Below, piece by piece: positions 39,101 to 49,229 of a stretch of DNA of 64,000 bases. The stretch is taken from NCBI GenBank assembly GCA_036172245.1, contig JAYWIR010000008.1, positions 2,480,001-2,544,000 on the forward strand, in the 5' to 3' direction. The notes below the pieces were generated by a model. That model saw only the letters and a program-made list of their open reading frames with translations. It had not been told where the DNA came from and did not search any database. Made by a program: the position numbers and the translations under genes. Each line of letters begins with the position of its first letter. Position 1 is the first letter of the stretch. The DNA is from Raillietiella orientalis. Lineage: Eukaryota.

Positions 39101-39829
39101 ACAGAAAGGAAACCCTGAATAAGATATAGGGACCGTCCCCCTCGAGTGTGCAGGAACTTCTCTTTGGCTACTCTTTCCAAGACACGAGTCATTTGTCGTC
39201 ATCATTCATGTCAAAAGCACGTTACTTTGAAAACCCATTCGAACTCCAGCGCTTCTAACATAGGACTGTTCTGGATGCTTCTAAGTTTGCAAGTTTTTGC
39301 CTCTACCAATCTTTAGTGGACGTTATTTTGACGTGCCACCCATATTAGCCACGTTCCACATGAATAATATTAAAATCTGGACGTTTTGCTTGAGAAATGC
39401 CTTATCAACGACTCTCAAACGAGCATTGGCACGTAGTGATGAGCTCGCTGAAGGGAACTTGCCAAATAGAGATGATGTTTGCGGGAAGAAGGACTTTCAC
39501 AGGAAGGGTTTTACACGAAGGATGAACAGCTGACTGAAGATGCTGGTGATCTTTCGTCCAGTGGGATAACGAAAATCAAGGAAGCATTTCACGAACTGAT
39601 TTTCACGAGAGTAATGCATTAATGCGTTCCAGCCACCCGGATTCGACGTTAGTCGGCAGATTTCAGAGGGCTTTTTACCTCCTGGCTTCCTTTGGGATCG
39701 CGTGCCATGTTCCCCTTTTCTATGGATGACGATTTTCCTGATGCGAGCAGGGAGAGCTTTTCAACGAAATGACCGGGTGGGATTTCCGAACTGCTTGGGA
39801 CTCTATAACGGTATGAGCATTCCATTCCT

Positions 39830-42800
39830 GCAACGGATCTACGTAGGTAGGTGATGACAAGCTCATAGAACTGCAGCACCGTTGCGATGCGTTACCAACT
39901 ATTTATCCAGGCACTGTGAAAAACACAAAACACACTACAAGAGCGGGCTGGGAAGACGACCGTGTTCTCTTGGGATTCAACGCTTTCCTTAGATCATTAA
40001 AAGCATTTCCTTGATACGGGACTTTTGCAGAGGGGACTTTTCAAACAAGGATCTTCATAAACAAAGATTTGTATCTCCAGGCTCTGGAATCTTCTCGAAG
40101 AGGAAGCTTCCCATTGGAGGAAGCCATCCGCATCCTTACTGTATATCTCTGAAGCAAATTTTTGATCTAGGGGCATGACCTTGTGCTCTTGGAATACCAT
40201 GTTTGCCTGGTGTGTGACGAGCTCGGTGTTCCAAAGCACTGCTCAAGGAATTCATCTCAAGGCAACGCAGTACCTGCCTGGAGACGGCAGTGTTTAAAGG
40301 CAACACGATAGTGTTGTGAGGACAGAATGGTTTTCGTTGTAACTTGTCCTGCACAAGACTTCTTGGTTTACCTGTTTTTTTGCTCATCGTCGTTTATCGC
40401 TTAATTAAAAAAGATTTGGTCCATAAAAGGCCCGGATGGAATAAAACGCTCGTGATGCAACAACGGCGTTAAGAAAAACGTATAATCTCCCCTATTTTTC
40501 CCACCTGTGCATTCGAAGATGTCTTTTGCACGAACGCATTCTTTAGGAAAAAAAGAACAAAGGTCATCCGAGTGCAAACATTCAGCTTGCTTATTTTAGC
40601 TTCTTCGTTTTTTTTTTTTACCAATTCTTCCACCCATTACCACTGCAACACTCGGAAAGAAGCCTAAAGCCGGAAACCTACCCTCTGGCAATTCAGTCAG
40701 TTGGTCCATGGAAGTGAAAGCGTGCGGTCTCGTCGATCAGAATGTTCCAAGACTGTTCCTCAGTGTCATTATGACATAAGACAATCTTTATGCAAAATGA
40801 TTGAAATGGTTGCTTTGCTCTGGTGTTTGTAAGTAAATACTGCCGTCCTTGCTGTTTACCGCCTATATATTCTACTCCTACGCACCCTAATGCACTCTGA
40901 TGATGGATGTCCTTTGGGTTCTTCTTTTTCTGTCTTCGCTGTTTTCCTTCCAGCTTTTCTTCGGGTTTTCTTTTTTTTTTTTTTTGGTTCGCTCAAGAGC
41001 CATCGAGCGCCTGGCAGCTCATGCAGCTCTTTCATGCTGTTCGACGCCAGCCGAGGGTGCGTGTCATTCTTCAAGATAGATGGCACCCCGGGAGGGGGTT
41101 CACCCTATGAATCCAGGAAGGGCTCGGAGTCTGTTCCTCTGATGCCTGGGGAGAGATCCTCGGAACGGAAATCACCTCCACCCTGGCTGTCTCCGGAGGG
41201 GAACCCTGAAGGGTTGTTCTCTCCGGAAGACTCCCAGGGGTCCGCTCCATTTTTTCTTCTCCGAAGGGAACCCGAAAGGATCCACTATCAGGAATTTTTT
41301 CTCCGGAGGGATCCCCACAAGGGATCCGCTCCTGTTCACTCCTTTGAAGAGAATCCCAAAGGGATGCTTCCGAAATTCAGAAGGGGAGCTGCATCACCAA
41401 AAAGATCGCTCTCGCTTCTTTGCACTCTCTGGAGAGGTGACGACACACCTGCTTCATCAATACGAATTGGAAGGGTGTTCCCCGGAATGGGGGGGTCCGC
41501 TCCTTCAACATCTGGAGAAGTGGCTACGCACGTGCTCCATCTGAACAAACCGGAGGGTTTTCCACAATGGGGGGTCCCCGCTCTCTTTTGCACAACCGGA
41601 GGGGGAGAAGTCCCCACTCCTTGATTCCTGGAAGGACCCGGAGAGTCGACTCCCGATCCCGGTCACTCGTCGGGGCATCCGGTTTGAACCGCTACCGGTG
41701 CCGCACCCGAATGAATGTCGGCCAACCAGCGTCATCTTGCAGGAGGAACTCGAACCCACGACGCACGGTACCACGCGCGGAGACCGTAACCACAGAGGGC
41801 AGTATTGCCGTCCTTACTATTTACTGCCTTTATATTCTACCCCTAATGCACCAAAATCGCACCATGTCCGGAATTCTGTCAGTATTGGTCAAACTTCACG
41901 TTTGAAGTCCGGCCAAGAGTTCCACGTGGCAATGTGAAATTTTCAATGGAAACGGTCTTTCATGACAGGGAGCTTGGAGGTTGGAGGAGTCTCCCCCCCC
42001 GGAACGGGAGGGTTCGCTCCTTCAACATCTGGAGAGGTGATGACGCACCTACTCCATCTGAACGAACCGGAAGGGTCCTCCACAATGGGAGGTTTTCCCG
42101 CTCTCTTTTTGCATAAAATAAATCACCTCGATATGAGGAAACGTGCATTTCTTACCTTTCCAAAAATCTCGTTAAACTCATCCAGCGTAGTGGCAAGCAT
42201 TTCGTACTTGTAAGTAAATTCCTTGAAATCCGCCTGCAGCTGGGCGTCTTCATCCTTGTTCAGCCTGCAGGGACATTGGGTCCCCAAGTATTCACTTTCC
42301 ATGTTTTTGCACAACGCGTACTTGAGTTTTTCGTGTATATTTCTAAAGTGCGTGGTTAGGTGGTAAGAAATCACTGTAACAAAGCTCATGAACATCGTAA
42401 ATCCGATGCCCCCATGAATCAGACTTACGAACTGGATGCAAGACAGGATTTTGGATTGCACAAGGGAATCGTCCAAACTGAGCGCCCGACTCACAAAGAA
42501 AATGTCTGTCCCGTCGGCAAACATATATTTCAAGAATGTCAAAACGAGGATGGAAATCTCATGGATGATGGACAATCCATAAGCGACGACAGCAAATTTT
42601 ATTCCAAAATTCTGTTCTTTCATTGCTTTGCTAAGTTCACTTTCCCGCAGTTTCCAGTTTTCGAAAAACTTCTCCAGTTTTTTCGCATTCCACAGTATTG
42701 TAGTACACATGGAAAAGCTTATGATGTACAACATTTCGTATTCCATGTTGCTCATTAAGTGTAAGATGGGCATGGTCATTAGGTCTCTGAAAGCTACGAG

Positions 42801-43133
42801 GGCAATTGCGACAGGTACACTGCCATTTAATGCCAACGTGAATATGCATACTGCGGTAAGGAATGATGATTTCTTAAATGTACAAGTTGTTTTGGTAATT
42901 CTTATGGCACTGCATCCTGTGCACATTGCGAAAGTCATCACTGGTCTCAAAGATGCATACAGACGTGACGAAACGTCTTGCTTTGGTATGCTTATGGTAT
43001 GGGTGGGGTCAGGGGGCAAGTCTTTCTCAATCTGAATATTTAACTTGACATCATCCGGGAATAACCACTTAGTTTTTCTTGCTGGCTTCTGTGATAAATT
43101 ACCGTTAGAAGAATGGATTTTATTGCCAGGCAT
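39830..43133 (-). pseudogene. Gustatory-receptor-like (7tm_7) gene: long intact exon 1 (43133-42156) with apparently decayed downstream exons
   Basis: Exon 1 has several hydrophobic helices and ends YEMLATTLDEFNEIFGK|GTAAG, typical of GRs before TM5. Remnants SLEIQIFV (~40080-40060) and ATVLQFYELVITY..LQ (~39885-39828, frameshifted) resemble the GR C-terminal TYxxxxxQ motif. Exon 1 is confident; the downstream assignment is tentative. Confidence 0.6.
40838..41851 (-). mobile_element. tRNA-headed dispersed repeat (SINE-like), copy 3, with ~50-bp terminal direct repeats; further partial copy at ~41960-42110
   Basis: B-box GGGTTCGAGTT (41757-41747). Body homologous to copies 1 and 2; 40838-40895 resembles 41803-41851. 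Confidence 0.75.
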
Positions 43134-43394
43134 TGTTCCCAATTAAAGGAAATATAAACTCTGAATTGCTACCATACCATAATATAATATAACAGTACCA
43201 CTTGGAAAGACTGTATCACTTGGCAGATGAATACAAGGCAAACTGAAAAACAGGCAAGCAAAGCTGTAGAACTCAACATCAGAGCATCAAAGTTTAATGA
43301 GCTTATTGATTGGCATCAACTCAGTTGTGATGCTGGGAAAGCAAGCAATCAGGCACTTAAAAACTGTCATTCTCCTTCATTTCTCTAGAGTAAA

Positions 43395-44570
43395 ATGAAA
43401 CTTATCATTGATGTGGATGCTGGAGTAGATGATGCAGCAGCTATGTTCATTGCCCTATCAGCTGTGCAAAAAAATCTTGCAGAAATAAAGGCTATCACAA
43501 CAGTATGTGGAAATACTACTGTTGAAAATGTGTGTATCAATGTGATGAGAACTCTGAGAGCCTTCTCCATGCAGGATGAAGTCAGAAAAATCAGTTTGGA
43601 AGTTTTGAAGACTCCTGTTCATTTCAGATATCTGTATATAAAGGCTGTGGTCTGCCATTACTAGAGCCCCAGATCAAGTCTGATTATTACTTTGGAATTG
43701 ATGGATTTGGTGACATGCCTCCTGAACCATCCCTACTTGCTAAAATCCAAGACAAGCATGCAGTGTTTGCAATGATGGAGTTTGTGAATGCCCATCCTGG
43801 TTGGTGAAAAAATACCCTAAATTAGTATCTATTAAAATGCATTACTTTAAGGGGAAATTACACTTATTGCACTTGGACCACTTACTAACTTGGCTGTAGC
43901 AATAACATTAGACCATCAATTCACCAAAAAACTGAAAGCACTTTACATGATGGCTGGAAAGTCAGAAGGTGATTTACATTTAAATTCTAACTCCCAAGTT
44001 TGAGGACTTCCAGTTTAAAAGCTTGGAATTTTACAGCAGTAAGGAGTTACTGTAGTGATGCCTTGCATTTTCAGTTACGGACAATAAAATACCGGTTGGT
44101 GAATTCAACATCAGCTGTGACCCAGAGGCAGCACACATTGTGTTTCGAAGTTTGCAATGCCCTGCGTATCTTGTACCTTTTGAAGTGACCTTGCAACATG
44201 GCATACCAATGGTAATATTCCGGAAATAATTCCTTGATCACATGGCTGAAAGGTTTGGCGAACATCCGTTCTGGGTGCCATCGCCAGTCCTCAGGCACAA
44301 CTGATAAATGCGGCTGAGAAACTCACTCTGTCTGACGAGATGTGGTTCCTATGTGACCCCCTTGTGGTCGCAGCTTCGCTGTTCCCAAACATAGTCAAAA
44401 AATCACAATCCTGCCATGTCGTTGTGGAACTTCATGGAACTCACACGAGAGGACAGATGCTCCTGGACCATGACTCAGTTTTGGGCAAAGAGCCTCAAGT
44501 CCATCTGATAACCGAACTGGATCTTGAGCTACTGAAAAAGATCTATCTAGATAGTTTTGGTCATGAATAG
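43395..44570 (+). CDS. Inosine-uridine preferring nucleoside hydrolase family protein; exons 43395-43580, 43628-43799, 43852-43968, 44075-44211, 44253-44570
   Basis: Motifs [11 protein letters not shown] (DxDxxxDD), [48 protein letters not shown] and [12 protein letters not shown]. All introns are GT-AG and in frame; AATAAA at ~44595. Confidence 0.93.
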
Positions 44571-45233
44571 AATCATGGTCAGCGGTCCTAGTTCAATAAA
44601 TGTAATTTCCACTGAGAGAAATCAACAGAAATAAATTTTGTATGCGATTGATTCGTGTTTTTGTACGAGTATTCACAAACTCCAGCATTGCAGGCACTGC
44701 ATGCTTTCCAAATCCGTCACATCCGAAGGAACTCACTTTTGTATGAGTACAGACTAGCAATGTGGCAGAATCGCAAGCACGAAGAGGGGAAAGCTGACGA
44801 TGGCGGAAGGGATCACAAAAAAAAAGGAACATCAAGGGGATGCCTTCAGGCGGCCTCTTTGAGCCAGCGTCCTTCCTCGGGAAGGCTCCGAGCAGCGGCC
44901 GCAACGGCTTCGCGACTCAATCCTTTCAGACGCATAATAAATACACTCCAAAGTATCCATTCTCTCGACAGCACGGAGCAAATAACTCATTTTCCATTTC
45001 AACGGACGAGACACTCTCTTTGCTCTCCGACGTCTCTTCCTAAAAAACTTTTCCCTAATGAACCTTCGTCGAAAACCTACTTTCGCTTTTTTGCGCTACC
45101 GGCATTCACACGCCATTTATGCTTACGGGAGACGGTGGCCATAAGTCTCCCCTTCGGCAGAGTTGACTACCTACTGACTCGTTCTCAACAATCCCTCATT
45201 CTTAAACTCCTGTCCGTACCAGCTACAGCCCTT

Positions 45234-45385
45234 CACGTATACATTCGAGCCGGCCAGTCCTCTACGTACAGGTTTGAGCCGGCCAGTTCTCCACGCGCAG
45301 GTTTGAGCCGGCCAGTGCTCCACGTGCAGGTTTGAGCCGGCCAGTTCTCCACGTACAGGTTTGAGCCGGCCAGTTCTCCATGCGT
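45234..45385. repeat. Tandem array of a 29-bp unit (GAGCCGGCCAGTTCTCCACGTACAGGTTT), about 5 copies
   Basis: Units start at 45247, 45276, 45305, 45334 and 45363, with few substitutions. Confidence 0.95.
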
Positions 45386-45500
45386 ACTGTTTTTACGGCA
45401 TATTCCTTCACGCGCAGACAAGCCCACCAGTACACAAAAAATTCCCAGACACTTTACTGTTACCCTTTCAGCATCCCCACGAAACTCAGATAACACGTAG

Positions 45501-45529
45501 TTAGGTGGGTAATACTACACACCACCTGA
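45501..45529 (-). promoter_or_regulatory. Rolling-circle replication origin: stem-loop with nonanucleotide TAGTATTAC
   Basis: Plus strand AGGTGG GTAATACTA CACA CCACCT. GTAATACTA (45509-45517) is the reverse complement of TAGTATTAC; AGGTGG (45503-45508) pairs with CCACCT (45522-45527). The nonamer lies about 75 bp upstream of the Rep ATG. Confidence 0.85.
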
Positions 45530-45592
45530 ATGTGCATCTCCTCAGTATATATACCACTTTCTTCACTCAGTCGTTTCGCAGTCTTACCAAAC

Positions 45593-46802
45593 ATGTCTTA
45601 CGCTGCTTGCACTCACTGGTGCCTAACTTGGAACAATTACAGCGATGAAGACCTCGACAACATCAAGAAATGGTGCCGTCTCAACTGCTCCCTCGAAAAC
45701 ATCAAGAAATGCTGCGATGATAGCATCGCAAGAGAGGAAGGAGAACGAGGTACTCCACATTTCCAAGGATACATCCAGCTACACGAGTCAAGAACACTTC
45801 CACGAGTTAGACGACCACCTTTCTCCAAACGCCACCTGGAAAACGTCAAGGGATCTGCTAGTCTACCGTACTTCAGCAAACAAGATAGCCAACCATGGAT
45901 GCCTCGACGATAACCCAGGAGAAGAGCACTATGAGGAAAAGGTAATGAAAACCAATTTAATCTTCATATCTTTTGATTGATTCTTTCCAGATCCTTCAAC
46001 TTACCAAGTCCGGTTACAACGAGAAATATATACTGGAACACCACACACGCTTCTATAGCAAAAACATCAACTTTATCAAGGAGTGCTTCAGAGTGTACAG
46101 CAACGAGTCAGCATTAAATCCAATGGCATCACTTCGTTTACGCCAATGGCAGCTTGACGTCCTTGCCATCCTACGAAGACCTCCGTATCAACGAAACATC
46201 TACTGGATCAAGGACGCCAAAGGCAATACAGGAAAAACAACTTTTGCCAAATTCCTATTCCTGCGAAGACATGCAATTTACATGCAAAGTTGCAAGAAAG
46301 CCGACGCTGCCCTTCTATACAACGGCGGCCAGTCATCGTGGTCGACTTCACCAGAGACGCCAAAGACCCGGTACAATACGGCTTCATAGAATCTTTAAAA
46401 AATGGAATCCTCTTCGACCCGAAATACCAAGGGTCAATAAAGTATTACGAAACCCTTCACGTCATCGTACTGGCAAACTGGGAACCCGACTTCAGTAAGC
46501 TCAGCTACGATCGTTGGACAATCATCGACAATAATCATTCCGTCAGGAAGAAAACAGCGTGGACAATGGACGACAACGGCTCAACAAATCAAGCCTCCCA
46601 GGGAGAAAAGAAGCACAAGAAGCTAGTCGACCGACGGACGAAGTTGAGGTCCACTAGACGGTCACGGCAACGAGCCACGACGGTCGCCGTGGACTCGCGG
46701 AGATGCGATGCTTCCAAGTGGAAGTGTTCTCAAGAGGGGCGCCGACCAGCACCCGAAGTGGACTTGACGTGGAACGTGCTGCTCGAGAGGGCATTAATTT
46801 GA
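45593..46802 (+). pseudogene. rep: Endogenous CRESS-DNA virus-like replication protein (HUH endonuclease + SF3 helicase) with a 49-nt intron and two frameshifts
   Basis: RCR motif I WCLTWNN, motif II TPHFQGY, motif III YFSK; LRQWQ; Walker A GNTGKT (46222-46239), Walker B IVVDF, YGFIESLKNG, motif C VIVLAN, Arg finger SYDRW. Frameshifts near 45900 and 46330; intron 45942-45990. TATATA at ~45546. Confidence 0.93.
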
Positions 46803-47799
46803 TCTCCCTCCCTCCACCGTCGAAGTAGCGGTGATGAGGGACAGGGTCGAAAAGACATCACCCTGCATTGACCAATCAAGTAGTTAATCACTATGACCAA
46901 CCAAATGGCTAATGAAGAGTAGGAGGGTAAGGAAGGAAAGCCAAAATACCAACACACCGAGCATTCGTACCACTCGTGAGGAAAAGTCTTTACGAAACGT
47001 TTCAAGCAAATTTTTGCCAAAGTCCTCATATTCTCACTTCCTCACTTTCCTGGCTCGCGGCTTCTCATCATTCCACAGCTATGAGAAGAAAAAAAAAAAA
47101 AAAGAAGCTTCTCCTCGTTTCCTCAACATTTACTAACTACACGCATTAATTTTTCAGCATGTCGCGATTAAATAAAACTTGACTCTAATTTGCTGCATGT
47201 AGCACCAATTCTATTTAACTCAAAATCTGAGCAATGATCATCAACTTTCAATTAATCCTGTTCTGATACAAAAGATAATTACACTTGCTGCTTGCATCTT
47301 TTTTACCCCCTTCTTCGATAGCATAGTCCTTCACTATTCAATACTGATGACTGCACAGCACGACACAATACAACAACCCATAACATGGAAACAGTCATCT
47401 GCTTCCATAAGCTGCACCCCTTTGTCTAGATACACGGGAAGGTTTATCTAGGCAAGGGTATGGGGGTAGCGGCCACGACTTGACCAATCTTACAAACAGA
47501 GCGACTTCCACACAATGACCTCATTATTCAATTTACCATCGCCAAACAAATTTGCAGCCCCATTCTACTTCAGTATGAAATGGTATCCACGTATCCAAAT
47601 CTTAACACATACACGTAGTTTTTCACTTTTATCCATTTCCCATGCTGTAACTTGATTTGAACTCTTAATCACTCTTTATTAAGAAAATCAATCGCCTCCG
47701 AATAATCAAAATAGCGATATGCAAACACCAAAATGGCTTTTGTAGGGAAGGCTAAAATGTGAGGTCACTAATGACACGAAACACCCAAAGGGAAAGCGG

Positions 47800-47950
47800 T
47801 AACATCGAGAGCACTTGTCAGCATCCGTGAAAGGATGCAGAGGACCACTCCAGGCGACCGGTGATCCCATTCCTGCCCTTCCCTCCCCGAGAAACATTTC
47901 CCTCCCTTTTTGCGGATTTTTTTTTCCTGTTTATCTTTTTTTTCTCCTGG
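47800..47950 (+). mobile_element. Short 3'-end fragment of the L1/Tx1 family
   Basis: AGCATCC..AAAGGATGCAGAGGACC..GTGATCCC followed by a pyrimidine-rich tail, as at 23450-23570 and 50930-51070. Confidence 0.6.
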
Positions 47951-49229
47951 TCCCCCACCGCCAACGGAGAGGACCCCACCGTGCCGGCTCATGGCAAGTC
48001 CTCCGCGCGTGGTAGAACCAAGTGTTCTACCACGAAGATCAATTAATGACGATTTTATCATAAAATTTTTATAAAAAATTTCAATAATAAATGCCCCAGC
48101 AAATCCTGGTGAAAAACAACGAGTTTAGATTTAACGTTACCGCTTTTATTTTGCATTTATTTGATATGCATATTATTAATAGCAAGATTATTTCAACACG
48201 CAGATTTATGAATGTATTTTAACATAATATTATAAATATCTTTATTGTGTATATTAATATACGTTTTTATATATAGATCAATATATATTTATACATAGAT
48301 TAACATGCAAATTTATTTTAGCAAACATATTTATTAATATAATTCACAATATGCATTAATATATAGTATGAAGATTAAAAAGATATGTTTATTATATATA
48401 TTCATATATACGAATTTATATGTAAATATGTGTGATAAAGATATGCTTTTACTTTTTATGATCTTTCGGACTTTTCGGGATTTTGAACCAACCCGAAGCA
48501 ATGGTGATCCATGAGCTCCTCATTGCTTAACATGTCAACTGAGCGAAGACTTCGCAGGTTCCAAGTCCAGATTCCAGCAAGGGTCGTTTTCGGGGCATGC
48601 AGACGATCTGACCCTCATTTCCGGCTCTTCAACCGACTGGCAAGCACCAAATGTTGTCGTTGGGTTGTTTCCTAGAAGGGGGAACTCTAAGAAGACCCAA
48701 ACGGCATGTAATTCCGAGCCAAGTATGACCCTGCTCGTGGCAGGGAGGATGACGGGAACAGAGAACACCTCCATCTCCCGGCCTCGCACTCGCCACTTCT
48801 TTTTTACCTGGTCATGCCAAGTCGTTTGTTTTTTCAAAAAATGAGCGTCTCAAAATTCGGGAGGGAGGTTGCCAAGGGAAACAGGCGAAGGTCCGCAAGG
48901 AGTGGTCACCCACACTCAGGTCGGTTGCTGATGGAGTCTGGAACGAAAGGACGGGGGGGAGCAATAAATAAAAAAAGGGTAGGGAAGGAGGGGATCGAGT
49001 ATATTTGGTAGAGGCCATTCTTTCTCTACAGCCTTCTCGAGGTATGGGCGAGATCTCTTGGGGCAGGTGCATCCACTCGACGCAGTCCTCTCCAAGGCTG
49101 CTGCCAGGCGGACTACTTCCCGTTGCTGCGAGCCCATGGCTCCGGGACAACACGAGACGCCAAGATGGCGCGCGCATGCACCATCCGAACGTTGCGACGG
49201 CCTTAGCTCCGTTCGCAAAAAGGGAGCCT

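Noticed and set aside
45234..45385. CRISPR-like array
   Set aside because: Units are contiguous with no unique spacers; the context is eukaryotic and there are no cas genes.
46566..46802. Arg-rich stretch as a capsid N-terminus
   Set aside because: It is in frame with the Rep helicase C-terminus and ends after about 78 codons with no beta-rich domain following.
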